From Cenococcum geophilum (Eukaryota): a DNA stretch of 64,000 nucleotides. The stretch spans positions 7,688,001-7,752,000 of the forward strand of contig CP158635.1 in the NCBI GenBank assembly GCA_050273025.1. Reading direction: 5' to 3'. Within the stretch, counting starts at the first letter, position 1. The number at the start of each line of letters is the position of its first letter. The notes beneath the pieces are model-generated. The model saw only the letters and a list, made by a program, of their open reading frames with translations, made no database searches and was not told the DNA's origin. The position numbers and the translations under genes were made by a program. This document shows, piece by piece, positions 12,650-26,407 of this stretch.

Positions 12650-13934
12650 CTTAGTATTAAGGTTAATTTAGTACCTATTATTATATTAAGTATATAGGCG
12701 GACTTCGCTAGGGCGTATCTATCGCAATATATACCATAATGCGTTCCTCTTCTCCCTTTATATTAGGCCCTAGTTGCAGCTAAGAGGCACGCCGCTAGGG
12801 CTTTAGGTTTTCCGAAAGCCGTACTTACCGCTAGTATTCTTTACAATATATATACGTAGCGCTAGCGTTCGTCTAGCGACTTGTATTCGTAGCGCCGGCG
12901 TCTAAGGGGCCCTCTAAGCCATCTAGCTGTTAAGTAGTCTCCCCAGAAGTTTAGCTAGGAAAGCGTTGCCTTTCTAAGGTTTTGTCCTCTAACCCTAACC
13001 CTATAGAGCTTAAGGTATAACCGCGCTTTAAGCGCAAGGATTTGCTACTACTAACTACATAATCTTCCGTAAGCTTTATAGTGTTAAGTAGTTACTCTAT
13101 ATAGCGGATTTCTATAAAGAGGTCCTTAGCGGTTTTTACCTATATAGCGAAGAGCTCTGCTTATAGGTAGGTTAGAAGGCGTAAGAACCAAAAGTCTACC
13201 TGTTAATTAGGGTCGATAAAAGGGGTATATAAGAAGAGGTTCTCTAAGCTATATATACGGGCTAAGAAGGTATTAAACTTCTAGTTCTCCTTTATTACAG
13301 TTATATAGTATATAGTAGCATTTTTAAAGCGTTTTACTATAGGGTTCTTAATCTGGTCTTATACTATAGTCTTAAGTTTGTCCTATAGTAGAGGACCTTT
13401 ATTTTTAGCGCCTAGGCAGCAATGCACTAGTTAGGCGACTATCTTTTTTTTTATAAGACCTTCGATGGCCTAGCGTGTACGTCACTTACAGTTATAGTTA
13501 GCGTCGTAGATCTTAAATCGGTTCTTAATTACAGCAATCCACCAGTTAAACTTCTATTAAGTAGTGCCACTAATATTAGGTGGTGACTTCTTAACTAGGG
13601 CGTTAAGATTCGTTTATTGTATACATTTAATACGTAACTTATATTTGTCACTAGAGAGGTAATAGGAGGGCTTTATTAAATTAATAATACTCCGTAAGTT
13701 GGCTATTTTATTAGCCAGCTTATCTAGCTCCTTTAGGTTAGTAGTATTTAGTAAAACGCTAGTAACCTTACTAAGCTCCTATTAGGCCTAGGTGTATAAG
13801 TTAAACTAGTCTCTAGATATCTAATCGTTTTAAGGTTTAAGAGGTGGCTTAGATACTACTAGTATACTTCTAGCACTAGACTCTAAGGCGTTCTGCCGTC
13901 GTGTTACAGGCGTGTTACCGTTAAGCGTAGGCAT
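12650..13934 (-). pseudogene. gag-like ORF remnant
   Basis: ATG at 13934 MPTLNGNTPVTRRQ...; segment FNWWIAVIKNRFKIYDA resembles a retrotransposon capsid; RIP stops and a frameshift. Confidence 0.5.
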
Positions 13935-14059
13935 TAATCTTGTCTTCGGAGGTATCGTAAAAAGATTAAACCGGCTATCCTCCTAAAGGGATTAGTAAGG
14001 ATTCGAATATAAGGTAAGGATATAGATAGGGAGTTTAATGATAGAATAATAGGGTATAT

Positions 14060-14221
14060 TGTAAGCCGACAAATCCTTAAGGGAGAAGGAGGAGTCTGAG
14101 ATGCAAGGTAAGGAAGGGGTTTCCCTAGGCACGTGCAGAGCACGTGCCTTACAGGCGAGTCGCATGCGAGCCGCCTGTGCCTCGCAGCTATATAACTATA
14201 TACTTAGGTTTTCACCTAACA
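14060..14221 (-). repeat. LTR (162 bp)
   Basis: TG...CA ends, less RIPed than flanks, contains palindrome GGCACGTGCAGAGCACGTGCC. Confidence 0.8.
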
Positions 14222-14711
14222 TTATACCTTATTTATTTAGTAATTAGTATAGTACTTTTATAATTAAATACTTAGCTATAATTATTAGTATATAGATAGC
14301 TAGATATTATTAAAGGGACTTATAATCTATACTCTTAAGTAAAAATTCCACTCTACTCCTATTATATAGTATACACCACTAAAATAAGGCTTATAATGGC
14401 CCTTACTAGGTAATATAAACCTCCTTATTAGTAACCACGTTAAGCTAAGTAATTTTATTCTTATCTAAGATAAAACCTACTAATTCTATAACTTCTTAAA
14501 ATAGCAAGAAACTAATTTCTTTAACTCTTAGAGTTTCTGTATTACCTTTTAAAATTTATAGACTATATAAAGCTTTACAGTGCTTTAGGTAATTAGGCTT
14601 ATTCTTTAAAACTAAACGGTTATATTTTTTAAATAAGAACGGCTTATTTAGTAATATAAAACCATATAATTTAGAGATTGGCTTAGAAGCAAATATATAT
14701 ACTAGCGTTAT

Positions 14712-14946
14712 TGTAACCGACTACCGACACTGCGCTAAGACGCAAGATCACCGCTTGGAAGGCTCCAAGACGGCGTCAACGCCACCCAATATATTGGTTG
14801 CAGATCAATATTGGTGGCAGATTACCGTTCCCATTTCAGCTATCTATTACCCTATCACTTTTACCTTCTTCGTGTATATATAGAGCCTCCAGAGCTATAT
14901 TCACAATTAAGTCGTTCATTTAATTCTTCGCACTGCAAAGCTTACA
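14712..14946 (+). mobile_element. Solo LTR (235 bp)
   Basis: TGTAAC...GCTTACA with 5-bp TSD GTTAT on both sides; TATATA motif at ~14875. Confidence 0.9.
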
Positions 14947-16434
14947 GTTATTATAGGTTTAAATTAGGTTTAACTCTAACTTCTAGATTCCAACTTTATA
15001 TCATTTTGCTATTTAGTAGCATTAGTTTTCTAAGATAATATAAAAGGAATAATAGCCTATCTAGACTAGCTATATAAAGCATATTCCTTCTTAGTTAAGT
15101 TGCTAAGAATCTTCTAAATAAACTAATTGCGTGGTATTTTATCTTTAGCAGTATAAAACGTAGATTTTTTAAGCCTAGCCTTTTATATGTTATCTAAGAT
15201 TATATCTTTTAATTTTCTTAAGGTAATAAATATTAATATCCTATCCCTTCGTAATATTTAAGTCCTTTATTATATTATATAAAGATACTAAGATAGAATA
15301 AAGAGGGAGTGGAGCGTTGCTATAAAAAAGTAAAAGAATCTAGTTAGTAATTGGTAAAGATGCGAGTCTAAAGTAGGTAGGTAAGATAAACCGATTATAA
15401 GAGTTAATTTACTAGGTAAATTACCGTAGTTTTAGGGAGTAAGTTACAGCTTAAAGTAGCAATTAGCGGTTAAACTAATTAATTAACTAATTGATATCGC
15501 GTAGAAGCGCTATATAAGAGTTAGTTAAGGTAGTAGAGGTAAAGAGTAAAGTAAAGTAGATAAGCTTAAGGTGAATACTCTTACTAACAGAATGTAATAC
15601 GCGTAAGTTAAAGGGTAATTTACTATAGCAGATTGCCGCTAAATACGCTTCCTTTAGTTATAGAAAATATTCTTTATAAAACTAGTATAATAGGCGGAGC
15701 TAGAAGTATATTAGAATATCTAACCTAAAAACAAGGGTTAATACGCCTAGGACGTTTTGCCTATCTAGGATTAATATTTTAGCTTAATTAAGACCACTTT
15801 AATATACCCTTTTAAGTAGGGCTCCTAGTGAATAATTAAGACTCTAAATAGTATTAGATTTAAAGCTATAAGGACTAATACTATATACCGCATATATTCG
15901 TAACTACGAAAATAATTATATCCTTAGAGGCTTTAAGCGTTTATTATATTATATACTTTAAAAGTCCCACATTCCAAACTAGTATAATTATTAGTATATC
16001 TACCTATAACTCCTCCGTCTTTAGGTTAACTCTAGCGTCCTAAGCAATATTAAGAAATTTAGGGAAATCTAGAAAACTTATCCACCTTTTTACTAAGTTA
16101 GTTTAAAGTAAACTAGTACCTAAGTCTATATAAATTATAGACCGTGGTATATTCTCTAAATCTTAATATACATAGATTATAAGACCATTAATATACTATA
16201 TCGCTGGAATTACGAATAGTTAATGGTTGTAGTTAAGCTATTTAGAAAGACGCTTGGGGATAAACCTAATATAAGTCTTTAGTATACTATTTAATAATAA
16301 GGATCTAAATATCTTTAGAACGAGGGTAAAGGAGGGGCTAGGTAAGGCAAATACTTTATAGTCTGTAATAGGTTTAGAGGAGTAGCTATTTTATATAGTA
16401 GTTATAATATAAATATATTTTTAAAGGCATATTA

Positions 16435-16740
16435 TAGTAATCTAGAGCAATCTGTGGCAATCTATAGCAATCTTTAGCAGTATATTATAATTTATACAGT
16501 TTGTATAGTTTATATAGTTTATACAGTTTATATAGTTTGTACAGTTTATATAGTTCGTATAGTTTGTACAGTTTATATAGTTTACGCGCTATTTATTTAT
16601 AGGGTAGTAAAAGGCTAGCATTAGTTTAGTAGTTAAGCGTTTTACTATAATTTGCTATTAGATACTGTAAACTTATTATAAAACGCGTGGTGTGCTATTA
16701 GATGCTATAAACTTGTTATAAAACGCACGGTTTGTATAAT
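16435..16740. repeat. 10-bp tandem repeats (GCAATCTGTG, then AGTTTGTAC-type) and a ~40-bp duplication
   Basis: directly visible periodicity. Confidence 0.8.
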
Positions 16741-19269
16741 TCGCTAACAACTATATCCATCTACCGCAAACTGCAATAACTAGCCCAAAATTTTTTTCCT
16801 AATAGTCCTACTTTAATGCTATTATAGAACTTGTTAGTATAGTTAATAAGGGTAAGGTAAGCTTTACTAGGCTTAAAGGTTTTAGGGTATAGTAGAGAGT
16901 GGCGGATTATCTATATAATATTAGGGTATATCTATATAAAGAGGTCTATAAAAACTTTATAGGGGTTCTAGGTTTTGGCTATTTTGGCGTTATTAATATC
17001 GCCTATTTAGGCGCTAGGTAAAAACTAAAGATTATTTTAGAACTGTGCTAGGGACGTATTAGTTTTAGTAGAGGCGCGTATAAGTCGCGATTGTTTTAGG
17101 GTAAAGGTTAATTAGCTAGGGTATAGGGAATTAGTAATTGTAATAGGGCGCAGGTTAAAGGTGCTATAGGTTGTTATAGTGTTATAATAAAGTAGACTAA
17201 ATAACTACGTTGTGGTATAAAGAGGAGAAGAAGGTAGAAAGGGGGTATTATATATAAATAGTAGGGCCGGCCGCTAAGGCACTAGTGGTGGGCTAGCTAA
17301 TAGTAGGAAATAGTATAAGATAGTATAAAATAGTATGCGTTAGGTTAGTGCCGTAACATTAAGTATAGGAGTATATATTTATAAATTTAAATATAGATTA
17401 ATTAGAATTAATTAAATAAGGGAGCGCTATTTCTTTAAAGGCATAGCTGCTCGTAATATAAGGGTAAGATTAGATTATAATGCGTTTAGCGTATTTATTA
17501 AAAACTAAAACTCCGACTACTACTATACTTAAAACTAAAACCTTATAAAATAGGTGCATAATATATTACTATAGGATTCTAAAATTTAACTATGCTAACT
17601 TGTAAGTTGGAATAGTTGGGTATAGTAGATAGTAATATTAATAGTATATCTATATAGCTAAATATGTAACTTTTTAGCTAATTAATAATTAGCTAAGCCT
17701 TAAATACTATATTTTATATAGATTGTTAGATAAAGAACTCCTATTAATTAGTAACGAATTTAGCTATCTATTAGTAAAAAGCCGCTTATATTTTAAGCTG
17801 TGCTATATTAGCAGCACTCTGCTAAGGGGTCTCGACTAGTTTTTAGGGTCTATATAATTCCTATACCCACTTTTTCTCAATTATTTGCATCTATATCTCT
17901 CTAATCCCTTCCTAAAAAAGGCTTATAAAACTATTATTTACTAATACCTTAAAAGTAAAAGTAAATTAAAATACGGTAGAATTTATTAGGATCTCAATTA
18001 ACGTTACTTAGAAAAGCCTTAATCTAGTTATCTACCCCACTCTATATATAAAGGACTAAAGATTATTGCCGTACCTAGAATATCCACTTTAAATACCTAT
18101 ATAAATTTAAGCAATAGCTAATACGGGCTCTCTCTATAGATTATGTATTAGAGTAATAAATATCCTAATCCTAGAGCGTTGTTATAAAGGTTAGGACAAA
18201 AGCAGAAACTAAAATTATATAAATTACTTCTATTTAGGCGGGGCAAAATATATAACAAACTATATGCTAAAGCTTTACTTTATTATAGATAGGATATATA
18301 CTTAAAATAAAGATCACTGCTTCTCTTTACACCTAGGCCAACTCGTAGGCTTTTAGTGCCTAAATTACTTAACCCCCCCTTTAAGACATCCAAATGGCTA
18401 AGGGGAATTCCTTTTCTTTTATGCGAATATAATTAATGCCTTACGTATAAAGGGTTAGTATTAGCAAATGCTTAAACCTAACCCCTATATAAGGGCAATT
18501 ATTACTTATAACTAATCTAGCTTTACCCTATCTCTACAAATCCTATTAAGTTTTAAGTTAATACTAAATATATAGAGCCAGTATTTAATTGCTTATTAAG
18601 CTAGGGGTTGCATTTAATATTATAGGCCGATTATAAAGTTTGGCTCAGGCGTTAGAAGTATAAAGAGTATCTATTTTAGTAGACCGCTAAGCTAGGGTAA
18701 GATATAAATATTTAAAGAATAATATACGCGTAGCGCTAAGCTAAAGCTAAAGCTAAAGCTATCTAAGCTGTTTTTTAAATTTTTCTTTATAATCTCTAGT
18801 GTATAATAAGTCTTTATTTTTATTAAAGACCTCCTTTATAAGTCTAGTGTTAATTTCTCTTATCTTTTTGGATTCTAAGTAAAATATAAAGGCTAGGTTT
18901 TTGTTAAGAACCTTAAAGAACTCTTTAAACCTAAAGCAGCCCTTTCTAGAAAATGACCTCATACCATAGGGTAGCGAGTTTAGTATTTTAGTTAGCGACC
19001 ATTCCCTCAAGCATAACTATGCGCTCTTTTATATTTTTTTGTATAGTGCGTCTAAATTGGTTACTTCTTTACTTTTTTATTTTTATTTTTTTTATATCTA
19101 TTATATTATACTACGTAAAATACTGCGCATGCAGCCTCTAGGTTATGGCGCTATAGTCCTATATATATAAATCCCTTAGGGCAGCTTAATATGTACTAGT
19201 AACTATATCCTAGTAGTTTATAAGCCCCTAAACTAGGGGTTTACAGTTCCTTAGTAAACTACTAAATTA

Positions 19270-22200
19270 TAAGCAACTACTAGGGAATAAGAAAACGGTA
19301 GAAAACTATAAAGAATAAGAAATCCTAACGCCTTTCCCTGTCCTTTTATAATTTATTTCTGTCCTTTTACTTACTAATATCTCTTTTCTAGGAGCCTAGT
19401 AGGAGTTACCTCCTATAGATCCTGCCGTTATTAGCCACTTTCTAGTAGCTATCCCTGTCCTACTTAAAAATAGAAAAAGCGCTTCTCTTCCTTTTTGCGT
19501 ATAAAATAGCTTATTTAAAGAGAGAGAAGAGCCTAGTTTCTTTCGCATTTCTCTTCTTTCTTCCCTATATAGATTGCAGTCTAGTAGTAAATGTCTAGGG
19601 GTTTATAGTGCTCTATATTCCCTAAAGCATCTACCTTCTTTATCCTCTTCTATTACTTTAGTAAAGGATTTAAAATAGCCTTTTCCTAGCTTTAGCTAGA
19701 AGAAAGCCGATTGTAGCCTCTTAGGATATTTATCCTTGGGGGCTTTAAGAGAAAAGGAATGGCTTCCTTTACAGATCCTAGTATAGTGTTTTTCTTTATT
19801 CTTATTCTGCTGCTAGTTGTTTTTCCACTATTCTAGTATCTCTTCTCTTGCCGCTCTCCCTATATAGGCTAAGGAGGTATAAGAAGATTATAGTTTTCTT
19901 CTAGAAAGGCCCTTTTTTGCTAGCTTATCTACTATTTCGTTCCTATAGATTCCTAAATGGCTAGGAACCCAGTAGAAGTTAATAGAGATCCCCTTACTAG
20001 CTAAATAGGAACAGCTTTACGTAATTTTAAAGACTAGTTCTTGCCCCCCTATAGGAGAATTAAGCTGTAATCTCTTAATAGCCGCTTAGCTATCTATAAA
20101 GATATAAACTTGTTTCTCTTCTAGTTTTTATTATTTTAGGTATTTTAGGGCCCTATAGACTGCATAAAGCTCTGCGTTTATAATTTCTATATAGGGTCCT
20201 AGATTCCAATTCGTTACATATTTAATCCTATTTCTCTCCCCTATTTTACATATAGCAGCTACATTTAATTTATTGTCTTTAGAGCCATCTATATAGTATA
20301 TATCTACTAGGTCCCACTCTAGGGATTCTTATAAATTTTCTACTAGTCTTAGATATTCTTATACAGCTTCTTCTTTACTACCCCTTAAGATAGAAAAGAA
20401 TGCAGAGATAGGAGGAGACCACGGTTTTTGCCATTCTAGAGAGATTCTCTCTATTTTTTAGTTTTAAATTAGCTGCTGAACTCTAAAGGCTAAAGATAGT
20501 AGCTGTGTCTTTAGCTGTAAGAGGTACTTTATAGTAGAGTTTTTAGGGCTAGAACTAGAGCTAGAATTAGCTGCTAATTTATCCCTATCTTTATTAATCT
20601 CTTCTATATAGACCTTCTTAATTACGTAGTTTTCCTTAAATTTTAGGATTCTTAATGCGTAGTTATTGCAAAGCTTTTTAAATCTAATTCTAGGAGGAGG
20701 AATAGAGGCTTTAATCTCTACAGCTTGGCTAGGAGATCCTTTAAACGCTCCTAGAACTAGTTTTAGGGCCTTATTTTATAGAGATTGGTACCTATCTAGT
20801 AGGTAGTCTCTAGATTTGCTTTTCCACTAGCATTATACACTATAGTCTGCTATAGTGGTAACGCAAGCTATATAGAGCTGTCGTAGGGCTTATAGAGATA
20901 GACCTCTTTATATATTACCTAGTCTTCTAATTAAATAGAAGGCTATTTTTGCTTTAGAGATTTATATTTCTATATATTGTTTAAAAGTAAGCTTAGAGTC
21001 TAGGAATACCCCTAACTACCTAACTAGGGGTTTAGGAGATATTTCTACGTCTCCTAGCTTTAACCCTTCTTCTATAGTAGTGCGTTTACTATAGAAGTGT
21101 ATAAGCTCTGTTTTACTAACGTTAAAACTAATAGTAGCTTCCTTAGCTTTAGATATTAGCTCTAGCGCTATTCTCTCTAGCTTTTTACAATTAGATTTGG
21201 CTAAATTTGAGGTAACCGTAATTGCAAAATCGTCTATATAGCTAAGAGAGTAGGCTCCTTCTGTTTATATACTGCAGATATTGCGTATATATAATATAAA
21301 TAAAATAGGGGATATAGGCAATCCCTGTGGTATCCCTGTTTCTAGTTTTACTTTTTCTTATATTTACCCATTAAAGGAGAGCTATAGCTTTCTATTGCTA
21401 AGGAAAGTAGCTATCTATTATATAAACGCTATAGGTAGTCCTAGTTCCTTATAGATAAATAAAAGCTGGTTTTTAGAGATATAGTTAAAAGCTCCTCTTA
21501 CGTCTAGGAATAACGTAGTGGCTATTCTTTATCTAGCTTTTTTCCTACTATTTTTAAATTAGATATTATTTAGAAGTAATAAGACTGCGTTTATTACAGA
21601 CCGCTGTCTTCTTCCTCCTAGTTAAGAATCTTAAAGTAAGCTAGTAGTACTAGCTAGATATCCTAATCTAGTAGTAAAGATCTTTTCTAAAGTCTTTCCT
21701 AGGTAGTTTAGTAAGGAGATAGGTCTATAGGACTTTGGTAAGGAATAGTCCTCCTTATTTGCTTTAGGGAGAATAACTCCTTAAGCTTCTCTCTAGACCT
21801 TTAGCTAATAGCCTAAGATAAATAAAATCCTATAAATTCTATATAGAAGATCTTCTATAGTAGGGTAGGCCTTTTATGGAATTATAAAAGATATCCTATA
21901 TGGTCCTGGAGCCTTTTTATTAAAGCTAAAGAAAATTGCTTATTTAACTTCTATTTTCTCTAGTTCTAGCTATTCCCATTTATTATCTATTATATAGTCC
22001 TTCCACTCTATAGGGCTAGTAGAAGGGGGGGTTTAGGGAATAGAGTAGTTGTAAAAGCTTTACACTAGTCCTCAAAGCTTTTTACTAGTCTAGTAGTCCC
22101 GTCTTTGCTATACTGTAAACTAGGGATTATTCGCAATATTCTCTTCTTTGTATATTTTAGGGCAGTAAAAACTTCTTTTCCTTATGCTTTTTCTAGGAAG

Positions 22201-23478
22201 CTATTCTAGCAGCTAGTCTTAGCTTCTCTTATTACGTAGAAGTATTGATTTTTGGCTTCTTTATAGGCTTCTAGTCTAGAACTTCTAGTAGGTTGTTCTT
22301 CTTAAAGTCTTCCTAGTTTTACCATTTTTTGTCTTTTCTTTAGAAGCTCTTTATTCCACTATAGTTTAGAGAATTCGCAGGTTCTAGATCTAGGGATAGC
22401 TTTCTCTGCTACTAGCTTTATACCTTTAGTAAGATCTATTACTAGATTATTTACTAGTGTACTTAAGCTTCTATCCTTAGGTCTATAGGAATCTTCTAAA
22501 GAGACTAGGGGACCTTTTTCTCTTATCTCTATATAGGGATTTTCTCCTACTAGTTCTTCTTGTACTAAAAGTTTGGCTTCTAGTTCTAGCTCTAGAACTT
22601 GCTCTTTTAAAGAGGTAGAGAAAAGCTCCTAGTTTGCCTTTTTATAGAGAAAGGAGTTTCTTAAAGAGGGTTTAGGTATCTTTACATCTCTCTAGTAAAT
22701 AGAGAGAATGCTATAGTCTTGTAATTAGATCCTGTTTCTTCTATTATAGTCTAATTATCCTAGGTATTTTCTTAGAAGTTTCCTAAGTAGAAGGCTAGGT
22801 CTATAATAGACTTTTCCCTTATATTAGATCTATAGAAGGTCCCTTCCTATTTGTCTGAATTTAGTAGTTGGCAGTTATATTTATCTAGCCAGTCTACTAG
22901 TTCTTTAGCCTCCCTAGTTAGGTTCCTGGTTAGCGCGTTCCACTATTTATAGTATAGGTTATAGTCTCCTATTAGTACAAAAGGGAGATCTATTTCCAGT
23001 TCTAGAATAGCCCTAGAGATAGTAGTTATACTACTTCTTTAGGTTCTAGAGTTTTCGTCTAGTTGTCTCTTATTATAGATATTAAATAGTAGAAATCTTT
23101 TAAGTTGGCCATAGATTTCTAATACTATAATATCTATATCTTTATAGATATCCTCCCTATTTCTATATTATAGAATACTAGAAATAGTTTTCCTTATATA
23201 GATAGCTACTCTAGGTCGAATAGCTAGATTACTAGGGAGGATTAGTTTAAATGTAGGATGTAGAATAAAAAAGTAGGATTCTTTTTGTCTATCTTTCTAG
23301 GTACTAGGCTCTTATACTAGAATAATATCTATTTTTTTCCTAAATCCTATTTCTAGTAGGGTTTGCTATACTTCTTATCTTTTTCCTGCATTATGTTATA
23401 TAAAGGAGATTTCTCCCCTAGTTTTAGAAACTAGAGAGATCTTTTCTTCTTCCTGTATAGAACCTTCTAAGCTTATAC
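19270..23478 (-). pseudogene. LINE ORF2: APE endonuclease, reverse transcriptase, RNase H
   Basis: motifs KAPGPYRI (~21900), YRPISLLN (~21715), FLDVRGAF (~21500), GIPQGLPISPILF (~21310), SYIDDF (~21230), WVPSHLGIYRNE (~19950); ends approximate. Confidence 0.92.
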
Positions 23479-23479
23479 T

Positions 23480-25046
23480 TATTAATATACTAGCTTAGCT
23501 ACTTTAAGAGACTTACAGTCTTTGCTATTAGCAAAGTGATTTTCTTTATAATTACTGTAAAGAGGGGTAGTATGCTCGCAAGGTCTTCCTATTATATTAT
23601 AAGTGGAACAGAAGTGGTCCTTAGATAAATATACCACTGCATAAAATCGACAGGCCTTAGTAGAGCATCTATCTCCTATATAGCCAAATTTTTGGCAACT
23701 TGTACACTGTGTAGTAGGAGAGACTTTTAGGTATTTAACTACCTTAGCAGCTACCCCTGCAATTAGGATTTCCTTCTACTTAAGAATTTCCTATCTTTTC
23801 TCCTTATTTTCTATAGTAAAGACTATAGAGCCGAACCTAGTTTGTAGATTATATCTCTTTTCCCTAGGTAAGATCTATTTAGGTAATCCCTGTATTCTAA
23901 TAGGATTAAAAGTCTCTATTTCTTCTTTTAGAAGTTTAGAGCCTCCTTTTCCTAGGAAAGGGAAGATAGGGACGCCGTAAGCTACTACCTAAGCCCAGGG
24001 CTCTAGTTTTTGTTCCCTTTTAAAAGAGAAGTAGTTAGACCAGATTTCCTTATGTTTAACTAAATACTCTACATCGTATTCTTCTGTAGTTGTAAGGAGA
24101 ATATTCTGCTTTTCTCTAGTTTTAGCTATAGTAGCTATTACTAGCTTCTTTATTTGCAGTTTAGATATAAATAGTTAATTAACTTAATTTCGTAGAGAGA
24201 AGACATCTAGAGGCTGGTCCTTTTAGTCTGTAACTAGGACTAGTCTCCTTTCTTATAATACTTCTTTTTTCCTCTAGTAGAGGTAGAGCTAGTAGGACTA
24301 GTAGGAGGAGATAAGGAGGGAGGGGGAGAGGGAGAGGTAGTAGAGGAAGAGGTAGTAGAAGAAGAAGGAGCAAAAGTAGAAGAAGAGAGGCCCTTCTTTA
24401 GCTTCTTTGCATAGGTTTGCGTTTTTAGGGCTACCTCCTTATGGAGAGCTCTTACTTCTTCTACTAGTCCTTTTAGGACATCTCTTTCTTTTCTTTCCTT
24501 TTCTTTTGTAAAGGGATTTTCCCCTACTAGGACACTCTGTACGTAGTCCCTTAGTAATTTAACTTGCTCTTTTTCTTCTTTTTTTTCTTCTTTTAGCCCT
24601 ATATAGGCCTGGTTTAGGTTATATAGAGCCATTTATAGGTGCTATTTTAGAGAAGAGGTAGAAGAAGGTATACTAGCCGAAATAGGCTTGGGTATTAGTA
24701 GCCTTCTTCTTTAGTTTTGGTTCTCTTTTCTATTTTTAGAAGATGATTGCCTTCTTTTCCTTCTATTCTTTTTCTCTACGTCCTCCCTAAATAGGTAGGG
24801 AGAGGGTAGGAGAGAAGAGGAAGAGAAGGTAGGTAAGGTAGGTAAGGTAGCTAAAGTAGTTAAGAGTTTGTCCTTACTTGTCTCTATAGTGTCTTTACCT
24901 TTAGAAGGCTTAGTAGCCTAAGGTTCTCCTGTCCTAAATAGGCTAGAGTAAGAGGGGAAAAGGAAAGTGAATTCCTTATTACTTGTCTTTGTATTATTGT
25001 CTTTTGGAGGCTTTTTAGGCTTAGTAGCCTAAGGATTCTTTAACAT
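23480..25046 (-). pseudogene. LINE ORF1 (gag-like, zinc knuckles)
   Basis: QCTSCQKFGYIGDRC knuckle at ~23665-23710; coiled-coil and Ser/Pro fragment in ORF 24240-24632. Confidence 0.85.
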
Positions 25047-26407
25047 TTTATAGGGGGGTTTCCTAGTTTTTTCAGTAGATAATAACCTCCTTAGGTCTCT
25101 TATCTCCTAGTCCTAAAGGTAAAAAACTAAGCAAAAAGCCTTGCTAGTTTTTACTATCCTTTTTTACCTTTTCTTCTTACTAATCCTACTAGAGGATTTC
25201 TAGGGAGACTAAGTTAGAAGGTAGTAGAAAAACTAGCTAAAAAAGACTAGCGTGGTTATTTTCTTTTCTCTTTAGAAGTAGAAAAAACTACTAAAAAAAG
25301 GACTTATTAGGCTTTTGCTAGCAGAAAAGCCCTAAAGGCAATCCTCCTCTTACTAAGGAAAGTCTGACTGAAAGAGATATAGAAAAGTACCTACACCCCC
25401 TATTTTATTAGGCTTTTACTTTCTATAGAAGAAAAACCTAAGAAAAGTCTATATTTTGTAGTTTTGGTATTAGTAGTAGTAGTATGTAAGAGGCCAGCCT
25501 AACCAGAACGTATAATTATCTAATTAACAGTGTTACTAGTAAGTAGAAGGTAAGTCAAAGGTAAGTCAAAGGTAAGTTAAAGGTAGAATAAGTTTTACAT
25601 ATTAAAGGACAAATGCTTCTAACCACTTCTATTTAGAGACTAATCGCTAATTCTTCTCTAGAGGGGAACCAGCTTCCTATATATTTCTTTTAAGACGCTA
25701 GTAAAACCTTTCGCCCCTAACCTATTTAACTGTGTCTTCTAGAATATAGATAGGATATAGATAAAACCTCCTACCGTCTTATTGGATATATACCTCTTAG
25801 GGGATTCCGTTATAATTGCCTTCCCTTTTAGGGTCTTGGTTCTCTAAGACTTCGCCTCTACTAAGCTTTTATAGAGTTCCGGCTAAAACCACTAGGGAAA
25901 CCCTTAGTGGAAAGGTACTCTATAATGCAACTTATTGCCAGCTCTTTACTAGCGCGGAACTTTACTTTATCTTTTGTTCCTCTACTCTTCTCCTACCCTA
26001 GCTCCTTATAGTGTTTTCGTAATAGGATTTTAATAATAGTAATAAAAATTTGGTGGGATTCACCTCTTTAATTTTAGGAATTTGTTATAAATAGATCTAG
26101 AGGTTATCCGGTGCGACGCGTTAACTAACCACTATTCCCATTCACCTAAATAGGCCTTAATAATAACGTCTTTTATTTTAATTTCTTTCTGTTTATAAGT
26201 TATTATCTTTCCCTTGTCCTTCCATTAATAATACTATTTATCTCATTCTTAAATAGGCTGTTTTCATTATATCTTGCCTTTTAGCTTCTATATTTCTAGC
26301 CGTACTTCTATTACTACCTTATTATCTTTTCTTAACGCGTTTATAAGTAATAGGATCCCTACCTTATCTCTTATAACGATGCTAACTTCTTAAAGTATTC
26401 TTTTATA

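Larger units (their letters stand above)
10446..14221 (-). mobile_element. Non-autonomous LTR element (gag-like ORF, no pol); left LTR truncated by the Helitron insertion
   Basis: LTR TGTAAG...CCTAACA at 14060-14221; its last 29 bp recur at 10446-10474 followed by a poly-C tract (PPT on minus strand); gag-like remnant; no RT motifs seen. Confidence 0.75.

Noticed and set aside
12990..13003. TAACCCTAACCCTA telomere-like motif
   Set aside because: Only two units inside a RIPed ORF; chance or RIP product
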